A stretch of DNA of 32,000 nt, taken from contig NC_014972.1 in NCBI RefSeq assembly GCF_000186885.1, positions 2,400,001-2,432,000 of the forward strand, read 5' to 3'. The stretch comes from Desulfobulbus propionicus DSM 2032 (GTDB taxonomy: Bacteria > Desulfobacterota > Desulfobulbia > Desulfobulbales > Desulfobulbaceae). The position numbers were made by a program, and so were the translations under genes. Numbering within the stretch: the first letter of the stretch is position 1; the number at the start of each line of letters is the position of its first letter. Below are positions 26,283-32,000 of this stretch, piece after piece. The notes beneath the pieces are model-generated. The model searched no databases, had not been told where the DNA came from, and worked only from the letters and a program-made list of their open reading frames with translations.

Positions 26283-26474
26283 ATGTCGAAACAAGTAGCA
26301 ATCAATCAGGAAGAATGTTTGGGCTGCGAGGCCTGCGTGGAATTATGCCCGGAGATCTTCGGGTTTGACATCGATGAAACCAAGGCCTATGTGCTCATGG
26401 AGGAAGACGGCGACGAGGACTGCATCGAGGAAGCGATCGGTTCCTGTCCAGCCGGATGCATCTCCTACGAGTGA
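26283..26474 (+). CDS. Ferredoxin (63 aa, single 4Fe-4S type)
   Basis: MSKQVAINQEECLGCEACVELCPEIFGFDIDETKAYVLMEEDGDEDCIEEAIGSCPAGCISYE; CLGCEACVELCP plus a distal CPAGC. Confidence 0.88.
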   Translation: MSKQVAINQEECLGCEACVELCPEIFGFDIDETKAYVLMEEDGDEDCIEEAIGSCPAGCISYE

Positions 26475-26614
26475 GCGCGCCCAGCGTGTCCAAGGCGGCC
26501 GGGCGGGGCATGTCCGTCCGGCTGTTTCTTTTCGCGGCCGAACCGACCGCCGCCCGAGCGGGCTGAAAACCATCCGCTCACCACTGTTCACCCCCAGCAA
26601 GCGTGAGGAACACC

Positions 26615-26890
26615 ATGGTTACTTCGATCATTCTCATCAACGCCGAACGAACCAAGATCAACGAAGTCGCCGAGAAGCTGCAGGAAATCGCCGGCATCTC
26701 CGAGGTCTACTCGGTAAGCGGCAAATACGACCTGGTGGCCATCATCCGGGTCAAGACCAACGACGACCTGGCCGATCTGGTCACCAACAAGATGCTGGCC
26801 ATCGACGGCATCGCCAAAACCGAAACCATGCTCGCCTTCCAGGCCTATTCGCGCCACGACCTGGAAGCGATGTTTGCCGTGGGGATGTGA
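26615..26890 (+). CDS. Stand-alone Lrp/AsnC ligand-binding (RAM) domain protein
   Basis: MVTSIILINAERTKINEVAEKLQEIAGISEVYSVSGKYDLVAIIRVKTNDDLADLVTNKMLAIDGIAKTETMLAFQAY; 91 aa, with no N-terminal helix-turn-helix. Confidence 0.87.
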   Translation: MVTSIILINAERTKINEVAEKLQEIAGISEVYSVSGKYDLVAIIRVKTNDDLADLVTNKMLAIDGIAKTETMLAFQAYSRHDLEAMFAVGM

Positions 26891-26940
26891 GTCCTGTTCC
26901 ACGGCACGCCTGAAGTGCGTTGCTGATCCTGTCGACGAGT

Positions 26941-26986
26941 GTGACCGGGAGCGATCGCCGGTCACGCCGAGACGGCTCCCGGTCAC
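26941..26986. repeat. Perfect 12-bp inverted repeat with an internal competing 8-bp arm
   Basis: GTGACCGGGAGC (26941-26952) pairs with GCTCCCGGTCAC (26975-26986). CCGGTCAC (26958-26965) can instead pair with GTGACCGG (26941-26948). Confidence 0.85.
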
Positions 26987-27190
26987 ATCCCCTCCGCCCC
27001 ACCCCTCGCGAGATTTCGATCTCCATGGCAGTCTGGTCGCCGTGGCGATGGGGCAGGCAACGGCTCTCTCCCCCTGCGCCACCAGCGCCGCCTTTCCATG
27101 GCAAGGGTCCCGCTCCCGGCGCCCTCCCTGTGTACCGCTCCTTTCCCACCCCCGTCCAGGCCGCCCCCTGGCAAAATGGAGGTCGCGACC

Positions 27191-27223
27191 AAAAAAAGGG
27201 CCGGAACCTTGCGGTTCCGGCCC
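27191..27223 (-). terminator. Rho-independent terminator downstream of the minus-strand P-type ATPase gene
   Basis: Plus strand AAAAAAA + GGGCCGGAACC-TTGC-GGTTCCGGCCC; on the minus strand this is a perfect 11-bp GC-rich stem, a 4-nt loop and T7, about 40 nt past the stop at 27265. Confidence 0.9.
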
Positions 27224-27264
27224 TTGAATCATGGGAGAGAATCCCCGGGCAACGATGACACGCT

Positions 27265-30036
27265 TCAGACGTCTTCCGTCCGTCTGCCCCTGGCCAGGGA
27301 ACGAACCCATTTTTCCAGGGAAATGAGCGGGAAGATCACGAAGCTGGCCGCAAGCGTGATGCCGAGATCGGTGAGCGACAACGGCGCGGTCTTGAACACC
27401 CGTTGCAGCAGCGGCAGATAGACGAACAGTGCCTGCAGGACCAGAACCACGCCGATACCCCAAAACACGGTGGCATTGCTGAACAGGCCGATCTTGAGGA
27501 TGTTGTCCTTGAGCGACCGGCAGTGGATCATGTAGAAAATCTGAAAAAAGATGACAAAGGTGACGGCAATGGTCTGGGCCTTGGCCAGGGCCAGGGACTC
27601 GGCCACGCCGCCGGCCAGCTGCTGCTGATATTCCATGTTGAACAAAATGATGGTGCCGGCGGTCATCAGCACCGACACCGCCACCACCCGAAAGACGACA
27701 AAGGTGTTGAACAGCGGCGCCTCGGGCCGGCGCGGCGGCCGGTTCATGATGTCCGGCTCCTTGACCTCGAAGGCCAGCGGTAGCGCCAGGGCCACGGCGG
27801 CCACCAGGTTGATCCACAGCAGCTGGGTGGGCAGCATGGGCAGGAGCAGGACCTTGGTCACCGGGTCAAAGGGAAAGAAGATGATGCCGTAGATCAGGAT
27901 CAGGGCCAGCCCCAGGTTGGTGGGCAGGAGAAAGGCGAGCGATTTGATCAGGTTATCGTAGACCCGCCGTCCTTCCTCCACCGCGGCGCTGATGCTGGCG
28001 AAGTTGTCGTCGGCAAGGACGATGTCCGCCGACTCCTTGGACACCGCCGTGCCGGTGATGCCCATGGCCACGCCGATGTTGGACTGCTTGAGTGAGGGCG
28101 CGTCGTTGACCCCGTCGCCGGTCATGGCCACGATGTGGTTATCCGCCTGCAGGGCCTTGACCAGCCGCAGCTTGTGTTCCGGAGCCACCCGGGCAAAAAT
28201 ATTGGTGGTCCGCACGCTTTCGTTGAGCGCCTCGTCTTCCATGGCGGCCAGCTCGACCCCGGTGACCGCCCGGCCGCCCGCCGCCAGCTTGAGGTCGGTG
28301 CCGATGGCCAGGGCGGTGGTCCGGTGATCGCCGGTGATCATCTTGACCGTGATCCCGGCCCGGTGGCAGGCCGTGATGGCCTCGATGGCCTCCTCGCGCG
28401 GCGGGTCGATCATGCCGATCAGGCCGAGAAAGGTGAACCCGTCGCTCACCGCCCCCTCGTCCAGGTCGTCTCCTCCGTCCCAATTCTTGGCCGCCAAGGC
28501 CAGCACCCGCATGCCGTTTTCGCCCATGCGATTCATTTCGGCCGCGATGTGTTGGTGCAGCGATTCGTCCGTCGCCTGCAGACAGCGCTTGAACACCACC
28601 TCGGGCGCGCCCTTGAGCACGATGGTCCGGGTTTCGCCGCCGTGCAGGGTGGCCATGTACTGATTTTCCGAGGCAAAGGGGATGGCGTCGAGTCGGGGAA
28701 ACCGATTATTGACCTCGTCGGCCGTCAGTCCGGCCTTGGCCGCGGCCACCAGCAGCGCCGCCTCGGTTGGATCGCCGGTGATCGACCACTGGCCGTTGTC
28801 ATGGTGCAGGGTGGCATCGTTGCACAACACCGACTTGACCAGCAGATCGCGCAGATCCTCGGGCAGGCGGGCAACGGCTTGCCCATCCATGGTGAAGCTG
28901 CCCACCGGATCATAGCCGATGCCGCTGATCCGGCAGGTAGCGGCCGGAGTCATCAATTCGGTGACGGTCATCTCGTTGCAGGTCAGGGTGCCGGTCTTGT
29001 CGGAACAGATCACCGTGGTCGAGCCAAGCGTTTCCACCGCCGGCAGGCGGCGAATGATGGCGTTGCGCCGCGCCATGCGCTGCACGCCGATGGCGAGCGC
29101 GATGGTGACCACCGCCGGCAAGCCTTCGGGTATGGCGCCGACCGCCAGGGCGATGGCGAAGATCAGGGTCTCCTTGAGGGCCGCGCCAAGCGGAATGGCG
29201 ATGTCGAGCGCCCGCTTGACCCCGACCGCGAGAATGACCACCGACACGGCGACGATACCGATGGTGATCCAGGTGCTGACCTCGGCCAGTTTCTTGGTCA
29301 GCGGGGTGTCGAGATCCACGGCACTCTCCAGCATGTCGGAAATGCGGCCCAGCTCGGTGCCCATGCCGGTGGCGGCGACCACGGCGGTGGCCGTGCCGGC
29401 GGTGACCAAGGTGCCGCTGTAGACCATGCAGGTACGATCGCCCAGGACCGCATCCTTGTCGACCGGGACCAGCGTTTTTTCCACCGGCACCGATTCGCCG
29501 GTGAGCGCCGCCTCCTCGACCTGCAAATTTTTCAGGGAGACGAGCCGCATGTCGGCCGGCACGCTGTCGCCGGCGGCCAGCAGGACCACGTCGCCGGGCA
29601 CTAGATCAATAGCCGGCACGGTGACGTTTCTGCCCTCGCGGATGACCGTGGCGTTTTGCGGCACCATGTCGGACAGGGCCTCGATCGCCCGCCCGGCCTT
29701 GAATTCTTGAATAAAGCCGATGATGGCGTTGATCACCACCACCGACAGCACCACCAAACCGTCGGTCATCTTGCCCAGCACCACGGCCAGCGTTCCCGAG
29801 CCGAGCAGGACCCAAATGAGGGGATTGTTGATCTGCCGCCAGAGAAGCTGCAATATGCTGTCCTTGGGTTTGCGCTTGATCTGGTTGGGCCCGTGGATCT
29901 GCAGCCGCGCCTGGGCCTCTTCCTGGCGCAGTCCGGCCTCGCTGCTGGCCAGCTCCCGAAACGCGGCCTCCGGGCTCAGGGTATGCCAAGGGGACGCGGC
30001 AGGGGATGGATTAGTGGTGATGGATCGATTGTTCAT
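27265..30036 (-). CDS. Cation-transporting P-type ATPase, SERCA/PMA-like (P2)
   Basis: MNNRSITTNPS...; LTGESVPVEK, FAIALAVGAIPEGLPAVVTIALAIGVQRMARRNAIIRRLPAVETLGSTTVICSDKTGTLTCNEMTV, MTGDGVNDAPSLKQSNIGVAMGITGTAVSKESADIVLADDNF, LPTQLLWINLVAAVALALPLAFE. Confidence 0.93.
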   Translation of the reverse strand: MNNRSITTNPSPAASPWHTLSPEAAFRELASSEAGLRQEEAQARLQIHGPNQIKRKPKDSILQLLWRQINNPLIWVLLGSGTLAVVLGKMTDGLVVLSVVVINAIIGFIQEFKAGRAIEALSDMVPQNATVIREGRNVTVPAIDLVPGDVVLLAAGDSVPADMRLVSLKNLQVEEAALTGESVPVEKTLVPVDKDAVLGDRTCMVYSGTLVTAGTATAVVAATGMGTELGRISDMLESAVDLDTPLTKKLAEVSTWITIGIVAVSVVILAVGVKRALDIAIPLGAALKETLIFAIALAVGAIPEGLPAVVTIALAIGVQRMARRNAIIRRLPAVETLGSTTVICSDKTGTLTCNEMTVTELMTPAATCRISGIGYDPVGSFTMDGQAVARLPEDLRDLLVKSVLCNDATLHHDNGQWSITGDPTEAALLVAAAKAGLTADEVNNRFPRLDAIPFASENQYMATLHGGETRTIVLKGAPEVVFKRCLQATDESLHQHIAAEMNRMGENGMRVLALAAKNWDGGDDLDEGAVSDGFTFLGLIGMIDPPREEAIEAITACHRAGITVKMITGDHRTTALAIGTDLKLAAGGRAVTGVELAAMEDEALNESVRTTNIFARVAPEHKLRLVKALQADNHIVAMTGDGVNDAPSLKQSNIGVAMGITGTAVSKESADIVLADDNFASISAAVEEGRRVYDNLIKSLAFLLPTNLGLALILIYGIIFFPFDPVTKVLLLPMLPTQLLWINLVAAVALALPLAFEVKEPDIMNRPPRRPEAPLFNTFVVFRVVAVSVLMTAGTIILFNMEYQQQLAGGVAESLALAKAQTIAVTFVIFFQIFYMIHCRSLKDNILKIGLFSNATVFWGIGVVLVLQALFVYLPLLQRVFKTAPLSLTDLGITLAASFVIFPLISLEKWVRSLARGRRTEDV

Positions 30037-30156
30037 TGCGGCGTTGCTCGTTGAAGTGAATGGACGGGAAAAAGTTTGTTGCCAAGATATAAGCATCGAC
30101 AGCCATTGTGCAACCGCCAATGGCGTGCACGGGGCGAAGCCGCTGCCGCGACCGGG

Positions 30157-30987
30157 TCATGTTCCCATGCGCCAGTGGATCGAGGACGGGTTGCGGACGG
30201 GCAGACGACGGTAGGCGAACTTCGGGTAGCCAACCATCATCGCCCCATGGCACTGGCGTCCTGGCGGCAGCCCCAGGGCTTCGGCCATCGGCGGATAGGC
30301 ATTGACCGCGGCATTGAAGTATCCGGCCCAGCAGCCGCCCAGCCCCAGAACGGTTGTCGCCAGTTCCAGATAGGTCAGGGCGATGGTGCAGGTGGTGGCC
30401 GCCATGCGGTTGGCCGTTTCCGCATGGGCAACGATCACCGCCGGCGCGCCGCGCAGGATGACATCATGCCCGGCCCGCCAGCGCTCCACGGTGCGATCGA
30501 GATGGAGGGCCTTGGCCGCCTCGGGCGTCTCGGCCCGCATCCACTCCATCCAGTCGATGACCATGCCGGCCAGTTTCCGCAACTCCTGCCGATCGCCCAG
30601 AACCAGCCAGCCCACGCCCTGGGAATTGATGCCGGAGGGCGCATGGCGGGCGATGTCGATCAGCTTGGCCAGGGTGTCCCGGGGTACCGGCGTGTCCCGG
30701 TAGACACGGATCGAGCGGCGGGCACGAAGAAACTGCTCGCCTTGTTCGGACGAGCAGCGCAGTTCTGGCCGCACTGGCGGGCAGACGTCGACCGGCATAT
30801 CCCGGTGACTGAAGCTGCCGGTGGGGCAAACCGCGACACAGTGGCCGCAGCGGATGCACAGGTTTGCGGCGTCCATGGCAGGCACTGGCAACGCTCCCGG
30901 CGCCCAGTCGATGATCCCCATGGGGCAGACGGCGGCACAGACGCCATCCCGGTTGCAGGTCTGCTGGTTGACGGTGAACAGTTCCAT
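30157..30987 (-). CDS. Nitroreductase with N-terminal ferredoxin-like two-[4Fe-4S] domain
   Basis: MELFTVNQQTCNRDGVCAAVCPMGIIDW...NLCIRCGHCVAVCPTGSFSH, then RRSIRVYRDTPVPRDTLAKLIDIARHAPSGINSQGVGWLVL...TTVLGLGGCWAGYF. Confidence 0.88.
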   Translation of the reverse strand: MELFTVNQQTCNRDGVCAAVCPMGIIDWAPGALPVPAMDAANLCIRCGHCVAVCPTGSFSHRDMPVDVCPPVRPELRCSSEQGEQFLRARRSIRVYRDTPVPRDTLAKLIDIARHAPSGINSQGVGWLVLGDRQELRKLAGMVIDWMEWMRAETPEAAKALHLDRTVERWRAGHDVILRGAPAVIVAHAETANRMAATTCTIALTYLELATTVLGLGGCWAGYFNAAVNAYPPMAEALGLPPGRQCHGAMMVGYPKFAYRRLPVRNPSSIHWRMGT

Positions 30988-31125
30988 CGGGCCTCCTTTT
31001 TGGCTATGGGTTGACAGCACCCCCTGAAAAATGGTCTGTTCAGGGGCCGAAAAACGACGGCCGCGGGCTGGGCACGGGCCGCGAGATGCACTGTACCTCT
31101 TTTTTTAACGGGCACGAACACCAGC

Positions 31126-32000
31126 GTGGACAAAAAAGCAAAATCCGCCAAAAAAACACCACCGGCGAACACCGAGCAAGCGTCTCCCCCGGATACCGCT
31201 CCGAGCGAAAACCAGCAACCCCCCTCGGCTTCCAAGCCGCCAGTCCAGCGAAAGCCCCGATCCACGGCAAAAAAAGGCACGGGCCGCAAGCGGCGCCGCA
31301 AAAAGCCCGCGCTCCTCACCCGCCATCTGATTGCCCTCACCACCGTGGAAATCGCCTGCCTGACGCTGAGCGCCATGACCGGGATCGTGGTCCTGCTCGG
31401 CCACGCGACGGAACGTTTTTCCGGCACCAGCCTGCTGTCCCACCTTCTGCCCTTCACCACCGGAGTCCTGGCCTTGGTGGTCGCGGCCGCCCTGCTGCTG
31501 ATCGGCTGGCTGCGGCTGCGACGCTGGCTGGGGCAAAAGTGGCTGTTTCTGCCGGCGATTCTGGCCCTGACCATGGTCCTGGTTATTGGCGGCTTTGCCC
31601 TCAAGGGCTCCTTTTTCTTTGCCTTCAGCCAGTTTCGCATCCTGGTCGGCGGCAAGGAGGAAGCCAGCCGGATCACGCTCACCCATCAGGTGTTTGCCGC
31701 CTATCGCCGCCACGACCCCTCCCAGTTGCGGCAGATGATCGAACGGGCCAAACCCTATGGCCCGGACATCGACGCCGCGGCCCAGGCCTTTGGGCTTGAT
31801 CCGGACCTGCTCCATGGCATCGCCGCGACCGAATCATCCTTTCTTCCTCGCGAGAGCAAGGACGGCGGCCAGGGGTTGTTCCAGATCACCCAGGTTCCGG
31901 AAGCGGCCCTGCGCGAAGCGGGCAGCCGGCTTGGGGTCGATCGGCCGGTGATCACCAATCACCGTCACAACGGCTTCATCGCCGCAGCCACCCTCAACCA
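31126..32000 (+). CDS. Membrane-anchored lytic transglycosylase-like (SLT) protein, truncated by the window edge; GTG start proposed
   Basis: Frame from GTG 31126: (M)DKKAKSAKKTPPANTEQASPPDTAPSENQQPPSASKPPVQRKPRSTAKKGTGRKRRRKKPALLTRHLIALTTVEIACLTLS... with multiple hydrophobic segments, then DPDLLHGIAATESSFLPRESKDGGQGLFQIT, which is SLT-like. The frame remains open to 32000. Confidence 0.65.
   Translation, partial: MDKKAKSAKKTPPANTEQASPPDTAPSENQQPPSASKPPVQRKPRSTAKKGTGRKRRRKKPALLTRHLIALTTVEIACLTLSAMTGIVVLLGHATERFSGTSLLSHLLPFTTGVLALVVAAALLLIGWLRLRRWLGQKWLFLPAILALTMVLVIGGFALKGSFFFAFSQFRILVGGKEEASRITLTHQVFAAYRRHDPSQLRQMIERAKPYGPDIDAAAQAFGLDPDLLHGIAATESSFLPRESKDGGQGLFQITQVPEAALREAGSRLGVDRPVITNHRHNGFIAAATLN

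Noticed and set aside
28135-29604. 489-aa plus-strand ORF inside the second P-type ATPase
   Set aside because: Antisense shadow of a gene whose catalytic motifs are all on the minus strand.
1-32000. CRISPR arrays, transposons, toxin-antitoxin pairs, rRNA and tRNA genes
   Set aside because: No regularly spaced direct repeats, transposase motifs, paired terminal repeats, cloverleaf-like sequences or rRNA-like stretches were recognised by eye. A covariance-model scan such as tRNAscan-SE or Infernal would be decisive and was not run.

Overview
GC-rich chromosomal window that resembles an anaerobic, possibly sulfate-reducer-like, deltaproteobacterium; this taxonomic guess is inference only. Most of it is housekeeping or bioenergetic content. 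In order: the end of a tungstate-type ABC transporter (permease + ATPase/TOBE); a complete Mrp-type cation/proton antiporter operon with MrpA fused to MrpB (A/B-C-D-E-F-G); a minus-strand operon with a DUF362 protein coupled to a polyferredoxin that looks like a NapH/NapG fusion; MarC; a nitroreductase; a PPC/DUF296 protein divergent from a fused FAD/Fe-S D-lactate or glycolate dehydrogenase; a membrane HD-GYP protein; a small orphan membrane protein; a decayed single-polypeptide MmeI-like (type IIL) restriction-modification gene; a universal stress protein coupled to a P-type ATPase with Na+/K+-ATPase-like (P2C) motifs; an ADP-forming acyl-CoA synthetase/GNAT fusion; a ferredoxin; a stand-alone Lrp-type effector domain; a second, SERCA-like P-type ATPase on the minus strand with a clear terminator; a ferredoxin-nitroreductase fusion; and the 5' part of a membrane-anchored lytic transglycosylase-like gene. 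I found no CRISPR array, transposase, rRNA or convincing tRNA, and no clearly novel multi-gene system. The observations most worth follow-up are (1) the MmeI-like gene with two in-frame TGAs at expected Trp positions plus a frameshift behind a near-consensus promoter, (2) the Usp/P2C-like ATPase pair, (3) the polyferredoxin fusion with an internal twin-arginine segment, and (4) mutually exclusive hairpins at 26941-26986.
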